From NCBI GenBank assembly GCA_039189765.1, contig JBCCYL010000023.1, forward strand, positions 1-64,000: 64,000 bases of DNA. Direction: 5' to 3'. Every line of letters starts with the position of its first letter. The first letter of the stretch is position 1. The notes under the pieces were generated by a model. It was given only the letters and a program-made list of their open reading frames with translations, did no database searches and was not told the DNA's origin. Shown one piece after another: positions 25,061 through 36,028 of the stretch. The DNA is from Cyanobacteria bacterium P01_F01_bin.150 (GTDB lineage Bacteria > Cyanobacteriota > Cyanobacteriia > CAKZMO01). The position numbers were made by a program, and so were the translations under genes.

Positions 25061-27586
25061 TTATGAGCCAACTAAGGACTTTATCTTCATCCAAAGCGAT
25101 CGCAGCTTCCAAAATTTGCTAGATTGGATGGCCTCAAGCTCCACTCTCAATTTTTGATTATCATCATTGAGTCTTTGAATAGAATTTTTAAGGTTTCGAC
25201 AGTTCCTAGCGAGAGCTTTTCTTTTATCTCTAACTCTGCGAAGATCTGCTCGCTTTCTCTGCATTTTCTTTCGAGTCAGAGCTTGTTCTTGCTCTAGTTG
25301 TTTCTGAACAATATTTAAACTAGTTTTTAAGCTCAAAATATGATCTTCCATCGCTGATAGTGCATATTTTGAATCATTTAAATCAGCTTCTAATTCTACA
25401 GTTTCTGCTTGATGACTTACTTTATATTGGTCTTCTTGTTCCTCTTTTTCGGTGACATCTTGCGCTTCAGTGAGTACAGCCATTTCTTGTTGCACGTCTG
25501 CTGTTTCACTGCCGGGACTTGCATCAATATCCTCCTTAACCTTTGCTTCCGTACCGGAGTCTAGATTCAGACTATTGCTATCCTGTCCGTTTTCAAGGGA
25601 TAGGGCCTGAAGCAATGTATTGGCCTGGCTCTGCGCAACGAGCTTCATAGCAGAGCAAAAACCATTAGCTTCAACAATGTGTGGAAGCGTATTGTCTCCA
25701 CCCTTCACTTTGGTTGCGACCAGTTCATTAAACTGAGTATCCGAAGAAATAAGAATTTGTATGGTCTTGAGATGGTCATCCACGTCCTCTAGCGTTCCTT
25801 CTAAGGCCGAATATGTGGATAAAATGCAGCAATTCGGCAACCATGAATAAAACTGCTGCTGATTGCTGGGAACAATTAAGGATAAAGAAACTTGAAACTG
25901 ACTGATTCGGCCCACAATATCCAGTACATGATCTAGATCAGACGAAACTAATGCAGTCAGACTCTTTTGGTCTTTAAACACTGTTTTCATGAGTGTTTCA
26001 ATGCCATAGGATTCAAGCAAAATATCACAGTCATGAGCTACCGCTCCTACATTGTCCGGAGTCAAGGTAAACTCTCTGACTCGAAAGAGATTTGCATCAT
26101 CCGTTACATGTCTGGTTTCCAAAATAATCTCTACAAAGAAAGTTTGCCCACATTCCACCAAAGCACCATGCTCAGAGCTTAGAGGAATAGAACAGCGATG
26201 CCACACTCCCCGCGGAAAGCTATTCGAGAAAATCTTTTCAGAATTAATGAGAACAGAAATAGAGGGAGTATCGTCATCAGAAACATAAGGAATTAAGAAT
26301 TCTAGCTGTAACTGTATTGAGGAGGCCGATTCCGTACGGAAAAATAACCTTGCTCTCTTGTACGCTATTCGTGATTTTTCCCCATCTTTCTGCATCTTCC
26401 ACCCATTAAGGAGTCGAAACTTGGGCAATTCCTTACTTAAAAGAGGCAAATTTAAATAATTTTCAGGAATAAATTCGACCAGCCAGCTAATCCCTAGGGT
26501 CTGGTTTTGCAAGTGCTTTGTATACAAACCCGGTTGAACATCACCCTCAGGAAGGCTAATATTCGGTATCTTGATATCCTCCCGCTTAAATACTTGAAAA
26601 TTGACGTCACCATTAGCATTTGAGAGAACTTCAAGGGCATCGTCAAAACTCCACTCACGGGGATGGGGAGAAACCTCATTCACAAAATTTGTAAAAACTC
26701 TAACACCAAGTTTAGAAGAATGTTCTTCAAAAGTCTGAACAAAGTCAGAGAACACTGGAACTTGTTCATTAATTCCACGCAAAACATCTGGATGGTCATT
26801 AAAAATAGAGGCTTCTACTTCTTTTGATAAATGATTGGCTCGGAATGGATCACTCATGGTCAACAAGTATCCACCAGGCTTCATCACTCGGAGACATTCC
26901 TGTAGCGATTGTGGAATATCTGATAAATGATGTAAGGCAGCGGTTGCAACGACAATATCAAAGTGATTATCCGGAAATGGTAAGTTTCGAGATGACCCCC
27001 CAAACCAGTGTAGTTGAGGATAATCAAACTTTCCTCGCATACAAAGTAAGGGACTAAACTCCAGGCATGTCACGTCCGCACCGTACGAATAGAACTTGAG
27101 GCTGTCGAACCCCAGCCCCGCGCCAACGTCTAAAACAGATTTCCCCTCCAGTGAAATGCCATTGGTTACAGTTTTGAAGAGTAAGTGTTCACGATAGCGA
27201 TTCTCAAACCAAGCGGGTTTACTTGGAATTCCCTTTTCTGCTAGAACCTGATTTTTATTTAGAGCATGAGTGTACTCGTCAAGGAGATCAATCCAAAATA
27301 CAAAATCCCGATCGCTCTTAAGTTTTTCCTGAGGGCTTTCATCATTCAAAAGAGCAGCACTGCTGTCGGTGTTTGCCGAAATTTCAATTAATCCCAAAAC
27401 ATCATCTGAAAAAAAAGTTCCTAGGTAGGGAACTCCATAAATCAGATCGTAGCTTCTATCACAACAGTCACAGCAAATGGCATTAAGATGGACACCATTT
27501 GATGAAACGTCAGGATTATACTTGAGTGCTGAAGAATTACACGCAGGACATTGGGTATTTTCTAGACTAATTAATGTATTCAACAT
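25061..27586 (-). CDS. Class I SAM methyltransferase with N-terminal Cys-rich Trm112-like region and C-terminal coiled coil
   Basis: CPAC..CCDCC, VLDVGAGLG, LPFPDNHFD, RVMKPGG; C-terminal SSKFWKLR. Confidence 0.8.
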   Translation of the reverse strand: MLNTLISLENTQCPACNSSALKYNPDVSSNGVHLNAICCDCCDRSYDLIYGVPYLGTFFSDDVLGLIEISANTDSSAALLNDESPQEKLKSDRDFVFWIDLLDEYTHALNKNQVLAEKGIPSKPAWFENRYREHLLFKTVTNGISLEGKSVLDVGAGLGFDSLKFYSYGADVTCLEFSPLLCMRGKFDYPQLHWFGGSSRNLPFPDNHFDIVVATAALHHLSDIPQSLQECLRVMKPGGYLLTMSDPFRANHLSKEVEASIFNDHPDVLRGINEQVPVFSDFVQTFEEHSSKLGVRVFTNFVNEVSPHPREWSFDDALEVLSNANGDVNFQVFKREDIKIPNISLPEGDVQPGLYTKHLQNQTLGISWLVEFIPENYLNLPLLSKELPKFRLLNGWKMQKDGEKSRIAYKRARLFFRTESASSIQLQLEFLIPYVSDDDTPSISVLINSEKIFSNSFPRGVWHRCSIPLSSEHGALVECGQTFFVEIILETRHVTDDANLFRVREFTLTPDNVGAVAHDCDILLESYGIETLMKTVFKDQKSLTALVSSDLDHVLDIVGRISQFQVSLSLIVPSNQQQFYSWLPNCCILSTYSALEGTLEDVDDHLKTIQILISSDTQFNELVATKVKGGDNTLPHIVEANGFCSAMKLVAQSQANTLLQALSLENGQDSNSLNLDSGTEAKVKEDIDASPGSETADVQQEMAVLTEAQDVTEKEEQEDQYKVSHQAETVELEADLNDSKYALSAMEDHILSLKTSLNIVQKQLEQEQALTRKKMQRKRADLRRVRDKRKALARNCRNLKNSIQRLNDDNQKLRVELEAIQSSKFWKLRSLWMKIKSLVGS

Positions 27587-27637
27587 GTTTCACACCGATT
27601 CATCTTGCAGTTTTTAGAGGTTTACCTAGCTAATCAC

Positions 27638-29020
27638 TTATCTTCCCAATAATCCTTTTAATTGAAACCATCGCGTTCTCAATTTCCAAAATTTACTTGA
27701 TTCCATCTCTACTATTTTTTCCTCTAAACCCTTAACAGATTGAGAGGCCTCACTTAGACTTTGAGATAGCTCAATATTTTTGGTCTTTTCTGCACTAACT
27801 GTATCTCGAAGAGAAGTAAGATGCACTTTTTGATTATCAATAAGAGTTTGCTTTTGCGTGAGATTATCCTGAGAGAGGCGAAGCTTTTCTCTAACTTCTC
27901 TAAGCTGTATTTGTTTGCGACTTAGGCTATTTTCAGAGTCCCTTAGCTGCTGCTGTAAAGTAGAGGTCTCCAAACGCTCTTTTCCGAGCTGTTTTTGATG
28001 CTCCTCTAGTTGATCCCTCACAATCTCCAGTTGCGATCGCTCAAAGCATAGGTGAGTATTAAGTTCATTGAGCTTTGAGTACTGTTCTTCAAGCTGTTGT
28101 TCCGCATCTTTCACCTGAACCTTTAGTTTGCCAGCTAATGCCTGTAGGGAGACAAGTTCTCCGCGAGTAGCATCTAGCTCATTGCATGAGGCATTCAAGG
28201 CCGCATTGAGACGATCTCGTTCACTGTCTACCTGTTGTTGGGAACTCTTCAATTCTCTACGGGCTGATTGCAATTTCTCAGGAAGACTACTGTATAACTT
28301 AGGGATATTGGTCAGTGAAGGAAAGGCCAAAAAGTTTTCATAAAATGCATCAGAACCTGTAACCGATTCGCCAAGTTCACCATCGCTTAAAATTCGATGA
28401 CATTGGTATCCATAGCTAATAAGTAAATCAAAAACATCTTGAGCCGTGCGGTTAACACCATCCAGCATGTTCTTTGAAATTTCAAATTGAATATAATGCA
28501 GCGCCTTGTTACTTAGAAGAGTTGATGCCCCTTCCAATACATCTCGTTCAACGCCTTCTACATCAATCTTGATAAAATCAATTTTACTAATATTATTCCT
28601 TCCACAGAATTTATCTAAGGAGATAGCCTGTACCCAGTTTTCCTGGGCGATATGGACTCTCTTTGAAGGATCTTCTGGCTCCATCATAATCGGGTCTCCA
28701 AGGGAATTCCAGGCAGAGTAACCTATCGGAAATTCTCGGATTAGGACCTCTTTTTCATCAGCAAAAACCGCATTTTGATGGAGAATAATATTGCGACAGT
28801 CATATTGATCAACGCGCTTCTTTAGAGTCTCAAAAGTTGTCGCTGTAGGCTCAAAAGTATAGACCTTTCCTGTACTGCCAACCAATTGACTTAGAAGGAT
28901 CGAATAGTCTCCAATATGGGCTCCAACATCAAAGACAACCATACCCTCTTCAACTATCTTATTAACCAACAATTGCTCTGCAACCTCGGTATCAAAGACA
29001 TAGTTATCTTGATCGGTCAT
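27638..29020 (-). CDS. FkbM family methyltransferase with long C-terminal coiled coil
   Basis: FDVGAHIG, FEP, IKIDVEG.E..VLEGA; C-terminal ESSKFWKLR. Confidence 0.88.
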   Translation of the reverse strand: MTDQDNYVFDTEVAEQLLVNKIVEEGMVVFDVGAHIGDYSILLSQLVGSTGKVYTFEPTATTFETLKKRVDQYDCRNIILHQNAVFADEKEVLIREFPIGYSAWNSLGDPIMMEPEDPSKRVHIAQENWVQAISLDKFCGRNNISKIDFIKIDVEGVERDVLEGASTLLSNKALHYIQFEISKNMLDGVNRTAQDVFDLLISYGYQCHRILSDGELGESVTGSDAFYENFLAFPSLTNIPKLYSSLPEKLQSARRELKSSQQQVDSERDRLNAALNASCNELDATRGELVSLQALAGKLKVQVKDAEQQLEEQYSKLNELNTHLCFERSQLEIVRDQLEEHQKQLGKERLETSTLQQQLRDSENSLSRKQIQLREVREKLRLSQDNLTQKQTLIDNQKVHLTSLRDTVSAEKTKNIELSQSLSEASQSVKGLEEKIVEMESSKFWKLRTRWFQLKGLLGR

Positions 29021-29228
29021 TGAACGCTTAACTCCTTTGACTTGGCTGAAGGTAACTATTACGCTTTGTTGACTAAATAATTAGTCAGGGCTAGATCTGA
29101 TGGCCTCACATATTTTTTGAAGGAAAGCTAACTTCAATATGAATTTTTACCGTGTGCAAGACTTAACTATCAACTATCTAGCGTCCACATTTTTTTCATT
29201 GGTACCAACATGATATAGCGAATACGGA

Positions 29229-32200
29229 CTATTCATGACTAGTGGGTAATCCTAAGGCTCTACGAATCTTGAATGAAGCCGAGCGCAAACGCCAAAACTT
29301 ACTTGTCTTCATTGCAGCAATCGTGCCTTCAGCATCTAGCAGTTGGCTGCTTGCTTTGCTCAATTGGGTTTCAAGTTCCTGAGTTCTACCCTCTTTCTCT
29401 TGTAGTCGCCCTTCAAGATGCTGAAGGGTGTTGGCTTTCTCTTGTAGCTGTCCTTCGAGAGATTGGATACGCTCTAATAACGAATTATCGGTTGCACGAA
29501 TAGTACTGACGTTGCTATGACTATCGTTACCAGCATTGCTACTGATGTCGCTGGCGATCGCATTCCCATCACGTTGAAGCTTTCTAAACGTTTCCCAGAT
29601 ATATGAACCCACCTTGGGTGACTGATTTTCCAATTGCTTTCCAGTGTCCAAGAGGACTTGAGAGACGATCTTTGCCATATTTTCCCAAGAAAACTTTGCA
29701 CACTGTTCAAATCCGGCCTGGACAAAATGTTGCCGGATCTCAGGATGCTGAACTTTGTATAGCGCATCAATCAGTTCGTTAATACTTGAGGTGTCCACAT
29801 AAATAACTGCATCACCTCCCACCTCTGGAATAGAAGAGTGACGACCAGTAATCACAGGACAGCCACAGGCCATTGCCTCAGCGATTGGCAACCCAAATCC
29901 TTCATAAAGAGATGGATACACCAAAGCGATCGCCCCTGAATAGGCGGCCTTTAAATCCTCGTCACTTAAGCCAATAACAACCGTCTCAATACCATCGGAC
30001 AAAGTTTGCAACTCTGGCTCTAGCTGAGGCTGACCACCCACGCAAACTACCGCAAACTCACTTTTATTAAGCAGTTGCGATAAAGCTCGAAAGAAGAAAA
30101 CAGCATTTTTGTATCCATTAACGCCAGTCCGATCCCCTACCATCAGGAAGTAAGGCTTATCAACACCGATCTTAGCCCTAACCTGCTGAATCTCATCCGG
30201 GCTAGCTGGAGAAAACACCTGCTTGATACCACAGTGGGCAACAGTCACAGTCTCTGGATCAATCGCAGGGAAGAACTGACATAAATCCTTCGCCGTACTT
30301 TGGGAGATAGTAATGTAGCTAGAGGCATGAACAATACCTAAATGCTTTTCCTTCCAGCCCGTCTGGGTTAAGTCTGCCCCGATGACTTCAGGAATCATGT
30401 CGTAGGCCATGAAAACTGACGGCGTTGTTAAAGGAGTGGTGTAGTAGCTAGAAATAAACAGGTCAGCACCTTTTTCATCACAGATTTCCTGCAACATTTC
30501 AGCATCAGCAGCAGTTTTATCGTAATCATAGGCACGCACAGGGCGATATCTTAACCCTGGGATTCTAGGAGCAGTACCGTCTCTATCTAAAATGACTAGA
30601 TGCTCAGCAAAGCCTGTTTTAACCCATTCCTTCATCAAAGAACGCCACACCTGGGCAATACCTGATTCACCAAACTGGAAGAACACACCATCAATTACGA
30701 TCTGGGGAAATGGCTTCTTTATGGTCTGACTACGATGCTGCATCTCTTCAAAAGTCAAAAATGTCCAATTATCTGATTCAGGCTCACGTGCAAGTAAGGG
30801 AACAATTCCGCTGGTCTGTGCGGGTTCGACTAATGTGTCATCATCAACCCAACCAAAATAATCGCGCAATAACACTGGGAAATCTTGCTGCTGTTGAAGC
30901 GTTTTCCACTGTGCAACTGCATCACTATAACCATAGTAGGATTCTTTGAATTTGAGCTGCATTTCTGTCACATAAGCAAAGTGCTGAAACACTAAATTTG
31001 CCCGTAGAGTTTCAGCGTGCAGAAAAGGCTTGACTCCAGCAACATCTTCCTCATCCCCATTCGGCAGAACACGAACAAGCTTTGGTGGCTCATGGGCAGC
31101 CCACTTCATTCCTGGCTCATACCGCCATACCCGCAACCATTCTTGAGCAGGATTTTGCGCATAACAGTTGCGACTGCTGATGATGAGCTGCTCTCCCACA
31201 AAATAATTACACCAGAAATATGCTGCTGTTTTGTCAGGACGATCGACAAACATTTGCCACAACGTATTGATTTGCTCTACAGTCCAAAGCTCATCAACAT
31301 CAATCTGCCATAGTAAACAGCCTTCTTGAATGGATTGGAGCGGAGCATTAACCATCTCTCGCTTACCGTCCCAAAATTCGCCCTCAGGCTTTCGATAAAT
31401 GGAAATGCTGTCAGGATAAGCTTCCGCTAGCTCATCAAGATACTCCTTTGTTCCATCATGACTGCGCCCCTGATGATGAACGTCATCAATCACCTGACCA
31501 CCAAGGTCAACACTCCAAGCCGTATCGTGCTTTAAAGCCGCAACTCCCTCAACAATATGCCAGTGCCACCGGAACGGAAGCTGCTTTAGAACATCCAGGT
31601 GATAACGGATAAACGGCTCACCATTGAGAACAATAGTAAAAAAATGAATAGGCATATCCGATTGGGAAGGTTGAGGCGATCGCAGTATTGGATATTGCTC
31701 AACCCGTTCAAAAATCGAATAGCCATTGCGCAACGCAATGTTTTGCTCTATCAGGACGTAATTTGGATCATTTAAGAGACGATGATGACTGTTATAGTTT
31801 TTATAAGTGCAGATATCATCTAACAGTATGAACTTTGATCCGTAGACCTGCTCTAATTCTACCTCTCCTGTAAATTCTGAACCATCAATCAGCACTAAAT
31901 CAAACCGCTCGATATTCCGCTCTTTCTTAATAAGCTGAATTCCATTAGCAGAAACGCCGGAATTTCTAACATAGTTAACGTCTTGCTGCAACCAACCCAC
32001 CACTTGTTCAACAGGATATTGATTGAGGGGAGTTTGCTTTGAATGATAGAACTGCTCAACCTGAAGTGGATCCGGAAAAGCCTCTAAATCAACCGAAGAA
32101 ACGTTATAGCAATGCACAAACGAGTCGCTTTCGTAGTGGCTTTTCAGTGATTCAAAACGCGGCTTCGAGACCTCCATACAAAATAGTTGAGGAGAATTCG

Positions 32201-32381
32201 GATTTTTTCTCAAGCCCTTAACAAATGCTTCGGTGCTACCTTGCCCAGAGGATGAACCAATTTCTAAAACAGTCTTGACACTCGGGTCACAAGCAAATCG
32301 CTGGATCGCCTGATAAAAATCATCATTTTTAATTTCAGGCGCAATAATATTATTAAGTTCTGAGTCAGATACTGAATTCAT
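29229..32381 (-). CDS. Multidomain glycosyltransferase: methyltransferase-like, GT-A-like and GT4 (GT-B) domains plus coiled coil
   Basis: VLEIGSSSG, WQIDVDE, YPSLYEGFGLPIAEAMACGCPV; C-terminal TSKFWRLR; ATG 32381 preferred over 32450. Confidence 0.85.
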   Translation of the reverse strand: MNSVSDSELNNIIAPEIKNDDFYQAIQRFACDPSVKTVLEIGSSSGQGSTEAFVKGLRKNPNSPQLFCMEVSKPRFESLKSHYESDSFVHCYNVSSVDLEAFPDPLQVEQFYHSKQTPLNQYPVEQVVGWLQQDVNYVRNSGVSANGIQLIKKERNIERFDLVLIDGSEFTGEVELEQVYGSKFILLDDICTYKNYNSHHRLLNDPNYVLIEQNIALRNGYSIFERVEQYPILRSPQPSQSDMPIHFFTIVLNGEPFIRYHLDVLKQLPFRWHWHIVEGVAALKHDTAWSVDLGGQVIDDVHHQGRSHDGTKEYLDELAEAYPDSISIYRKPEGEFWDGKREMVNAPLQSIQEGCLLWQIDVDELWTVEQINTLWQMFVDRPDKTAAYFWCNYFVGEQLIISSRNCYAQNPAQEWLRVWRYEPGMKWAAHEPPKLVRVLPNGDEEDVAGVKPFLHAETLRANLVFQHFAYVTEMQLKFKESYYGYSDAVAQWKTLQQQQDFPVLLRDYFGWVDDDTLVEPAQTSGIVPLLAREPESDNWTFLTFEEMQHRSQTIKKPFPQIVIDGVFFQFGESGIAQVWRSLMKEWVKTGFAEHLVILDRDGTAPRIPGLRYRPVRAYDYDKTAADAEMLQEICDEKGADLFISSYYTTPLTTPSVFMAYDMIPEVIGADLTQTGWKEKHLGIVHASSYITISQSTAKDLCQFFPAIDPETVTVAHCGIKQVFSPASPDEIQQVRAKIGVDKPYFLMVGDRTGVNGYKNAVFFFRALSQLLNKSEFAVVCVGGQPQLEPELQTLSDGIETVVIGLSDEDLKAAYSGAIALVYPSLYEGFGLPIAEAMACGCPVITGRHSSIPEVGGDAVIYVDTSSINELIDALYKVQHPEIRQHFVQAGFEQCAKFSWENMAKIVSQVLLDTGKQLENQSPKVGSYIWETFRKLQRDGNAIASDISSNAGNDSHSNVSTIRATDNSLLERIQSLEGQLQEKANTLQHLEGRLQEKEGRTQELETQLSKASSQLLDAEGTIAAMKTSKFWRLRSASFKIRRALGLPTSHE

Positions 32382-32406
32382 AGGTTCAAGGATTGGGACT
32401 TGAGTA

Positions 32407-33279
32407 CTAGAAATTGGCAGGGTTGCCCAATTCCCCCCTAAGTTTCTCATACTTGGTGCACAATTCTTGATGTTCTGCTACGAGAGCTTCGTACTGTGCT
32501 TTCACTGCATCCCTCTCAGCTTCAGCCGATGCGAACCACTCCCGTAAATTGACTACAAATTCTTGAAACTTGAGCAATCTTCGATTAACCCAATATGATT
32601 CCTTGTAGAGGGGAAAATTATTTTGAATGCGATAGGACTCTGGAACAGCTAGACGGATTTGACTAGATAGGCCACCCGCATAATAAGAGGCCAACGTTCG
32701 AGGATAGTGACAGAGTTTTACAGACTCACTGTAGACCATGCGTAAGAACCATTCATAATCGGATGAAATACGATAGCTTTCATTGAACATGCCCACTCGT
32801 GACGAAAACAAGTTAGCTCTGGCTAAACTTGCTTGATGAGGAAGGCACCCGCAGATCATTTCATCAGGAATACTTTCGGGAGGTGGTGGCTCAACCAAAA
32901 TTGTTTTCCCAGATGGATAACGTACTTCCAAGTTTCCGTATAGGAAGTCACAAGTTGGATGCTGAGATAGAAACGATGCAGCATCTTCAATAGCTCTTTC
33001 ATCCTGAAGATAATCATCAGCATTGAGAAATCCGATAAAGTCTCCGGCTGCATATCGAATCCCTTTATTCATCGCTTCATAAATTCCTCCATCAGGTTCA
33101 CTAATAAAGCAACTAATGCGGTGAGCATACTTTTGAATAATTTCTTTGGTGCCGTCGGTGGAATTTCCATCGACAACGATATATTCAGTATTAGGAAAGG
33201 TTTGATCAACGACACTCTTAATCGCTGTTTCTATAAAATCCTCTGCATTTCTACATACAGTGATAATCGAAATCTTCAC
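32407..33279 (-). CDS. GT2 family glycosyltransferase (WcaE-like)
   Basis: KISIITVCRN, VVDGNSTDGT, SEPDGGIYEAMNKG, FLNADD; GGAG before GTG 33279. Confidence 0.9.
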   Translation of the reverse strand: MKISIITVCRNAEDFIETAIKSVVDQTFPNTEYIVVDGNSTDGTKEIIQKYAHRISCFISEPDGGIYEAMNKGIRYAAGDFIGFLNADDYLQDERAIEDAASFLSQHPTCDFLYGNLEVRYPSGKTILVEPPPPESIPDEMICGCLPHQASLARANLFSSRVGMFNESYRISSDYEWFLRMVYSESVKLCHYPRTLASYYAGGLSSQIRLAVPESYRIQNNFPLYKESYWVNRRLLKFQEFVVNLREWFASAEAERDAVKAQYEALVAEHQELCTKYEKLRGELGNPANF

Positions 33280-33703
33280 AGGATAGTTAATCTCCAGTAG
33301 CAAGAGGAACAGAGCAATCATCACTAGAAGAGGTCTGAAAAGTTTTTAACTGTCAAAAGTTTTTGTCAGTGATACATGGATCCGCTCACACGTATTAATA
33401 CGAAGACAGGCCCAATACCAGCAAAGTTTAGATATGCGATACCAATCTATCTGCTACCAATATCACCAACCCTTCTCAGATATCTTCTTTATACCGAAAG
33501 TTGACCTTACGTCATATCTCTAATCTACACCAAAACCTATTTTTTCTTTAAGCACGGACCAAAGCCTTTGCCATTTCCTGGATTTACTACTTTGCACAGA
33601 TGCTATGGTACTAACGGGCTTCTACTTTTACATTTCTATTTTTATTTCGCCCTTTAGTGCTTTCTCCTCATGTAGCAATAATCGATAACGTCCCTAATTG
33701 CGC

Positions 33704-33782
33704 GAGTATCAACTTTGGGCGGGTAGTGGGGGAGGGGACATTCATACTACCGCCAACTGTGTTTCGCATTAAAACGAAACCT
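33704..33782 (-). repeat. ~80-bp structured dispersed repeat
   Basis: Reverse complement GGTTTCGTTTTAATGCGAAAC..GGCGGTAGT..ACTACCCGCCCAAAGTTGATAC. Confidence 0.78.
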
Positions 33783-33952
33783 CTTCCGATGTATGCTGAG
33801 CTAACTGTCTTTGTGCATCAGTTAGTCGTTCTTCAAGTCATCTAACAACAGTCAGACCACAAAGTATTCCATCAATGAATGATATTTGCCGCCAAATCCT
33901 TGAAACTTAAAATTGCCATTTTCAGAGAAAGCTGCTTTGCCAATAGCTCTGT

Positions 33953-35839
33953 TTACTCAACACTCTCTAAATATATTTGCTCTGACAAATCCTTTCGAAT
34001 AAAAATTCTCAAATTTGGGATATCAGCCTTTATCTCAGCATAACAAGGATTTATCTTGCAAAAATTTGGCATGGTAACGTGTTGTTCATAAGCCTCTTTC
34101 GCCTTCAACAACTGTGGATAGGAGGCAGATGTTGAATCAATCGATTGAGTAGGAACCGTCTTGTTTGTCATGACAACCACGTCATGTTGAGCCTCCCATT
34201 CGCTAAAAAATCCCCAGAATAGTGTTATTGTCCATTTCTCGTTAGAGGATACAAAAAACAGGGATGGATCATATGTAATATTGATGTGCCGATCTAGTTG
34301 TATTGAAATTTTATTAAATAAGCCAATTAAGTAGTCATATTCTGCTTTCTTAGATTTAAATTCATATGTTTCTGAACGTTGTGAGTACTGAGTAAGCTTA
34401 TGCTTAGTCTCAGCTAGCATATATGATGTAGCTGCTATTTGAAGGATGATAAATAAAATAAAAACAGCAAATTTTATGTTGCTTACCGATTTATTTTTTT
34501 TAAGGTATAAATATGATTCTAATTCATAGATTTTTAGTAATCCTATGATAAAAAATACGATGCCAATATGGAGATAAAATCCCCAGAGTCTATCTACCAA
34601 GATAATGATTGGTAAAATAGAAAAAGATGACAATGTGACCAACACTAGACCGGGATACTGAGTCGGATTTGCTAAGAATTTTAACCTTGATTTTATTAGC
34701 GATATTAAAATTAAAAGAATACCCAATATGAAAATAATAAATAGAATGGCGGAGGGCACCTCAGACCAATCATCAAGAATAAATTCTGCCCAAGATAAAA
34801 TACTAACTCTGCTATCATCTGCTCCATGCCCAGTACTTAAGAATGTCCATTGCAACCAGGCTGAAGTTCCCGTAGGTATCTTTAAGACAGCAACGGGAAC
34901 CGCTATAGCAAATCCAAATATAAAGACTCCGATAGTTTTAAGCCATGTTGATGGAAACCTCAAGATTTTATTTTTATCCATGAGGTGGGTAAGGCCAGGG
35001 CTTAGTATGCAAAATACTCCAACTAGAATTGGGAGAAGTGTTGTTAATGTTTCTTTCGATAAATGATTTTCAATGCTGGGGATTTTTGTGCGATATTCTA
35101 GCAAACCATATGCAATCTCATAGATTCCAAACCCTATAATAACAACTGGCAGTAAGAATTTATTGATATTTCTATTGCCGCAGATATTTGGAAATGACAC
35201 CCATTGATTGAGCTTAAACTGTTGGATTAAAGATAATCCTATGATGAAGGGTAATGATGTAAAAACAGAAATTTTTGAGCCAAATGCTAAGCCGAAAAAT
35301 ATCCAGTAGTATCCAAATTTAAAGGAGTGTTTAAATGCCAGTATAAGGAATATAGAAAAAAACAAAAGTAATATTGGTTCAGGCTTAGGCATCGTTGCAT
35401 AGTAGGATGTTGCCGGAAGAACCGTTAAAGTCCACAATCCTATTCCTCGAACGATCCAAGATTTGAGAAAATACAACGATAATATGATGTAAGCAGCTAG
35501 TTGGAATATTACCTGGGCCATCCGAGTTGCATAGATTTGCCCACTTGCGCCAAAGAGACGCTCTGGGATAGCGGCAATAAGGGCGGATGCATTCCATAAA
35601 ATCCTCCCATATCGATGATCGTCACCATCAATAACGGTATCAATCCAACTGTTCAAGTCTGATGGGTGGAGTAGTCTGTCCACACCGTCAAACGTAATGA
35701 TTTCATCCATGAACAAGACATAGCGACCATGTAGTAAATCCGAGTTAGCCTGATGGGATAGATACAGAGATACGATTAAAGCACCTGCAAAAAGTGCCAC
35801 TCCAAGGAACCGATCAATTTTAGACAGTGAGTTGGTCAT
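33953..35839 (-). CDS. Polytopic membrane protein, putative GT-C fold glycosyltransferase (AT-rich)
   Basis: Many TM segments, acidic DE motif after TM1 (FMDE), RYG, PKPEP, GSK. Confidence 0.6.
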   Translation of the reverse strand: MTNSLSKIDRFLGVALFAGALIVSLYLSHQANSDLLHGRYVLFMDEIITFDGVDRLLHPSDLNSWIDTVIDGDDHRYGRILWNASALIAAIPERLFGASGQIYATRMAQVIFQLAAYIILSLYFLKSWIVRGIGLWTLTVLPATSYYATMPKPEPILLLFFSIFLILAFKHSFKFGYYWIFFGLAFGSKISVFTSLPFIIGLSLIQQFKLNQWVSFPNICGNRNINKFLLPVVIIGFGIYEIAYGLLEYRTKIPSIENHLSKETLTTLLPILVGVFCILSPGLTHLMDKNKILRFPSTWLKTIGVFIFGFAIAVPVAVLKIPTGTSAWLQWTFLSTGHGADDSRVSILSWAEFILDDWSEVPSAILFIIFILGILLILISLIKSRLKFLANPTQYPGLVLVTLSSFSILPIIILVDRLWGFYLHIGIVFFIIGLLKIYELESYLYLKKNKSVSNIKFAVFILFIILQIAATSYMLAETKHKLTQYSQRSETYEFKSKKAEYDYLIGLFNKISIQLDRHINITYDPSLFFVSSNEKWTITLFWGFFSEWEAQHDVVVMTNKTVPTQSIDSTSASYPQLLKAKEAYEQHVTMPNFCKINPCYAEIKADIPNLRIFIRKDLSEQIYLESVE

Positions 35840-36028
35840 TCTACTTGCATGGTCTCCTGAAGAAAAGCAAAAATCTTGTAAAGTAGTCCAAACTGAAGTC
35901 TGAAGCAGTATTGACTGTTCTTAGCATCAGCAGTTCTCCGATGACGCAAGAAACTGTCCTGCGTTTTTTGCATCTCAAATATGATATTAATTAAGAGCAA
36001 TATTACTCTTTAAAGCGCAAGTATAGTC

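Noticed and set aside
32381..32450. Overlap of GT2 and the large GT with a G6 run as a programmed frameshift
   Set aside because: A plausible ATG at 32381 lies downstream of the GT2 stop, no stimulatory structure was seen, and both genes look complete.
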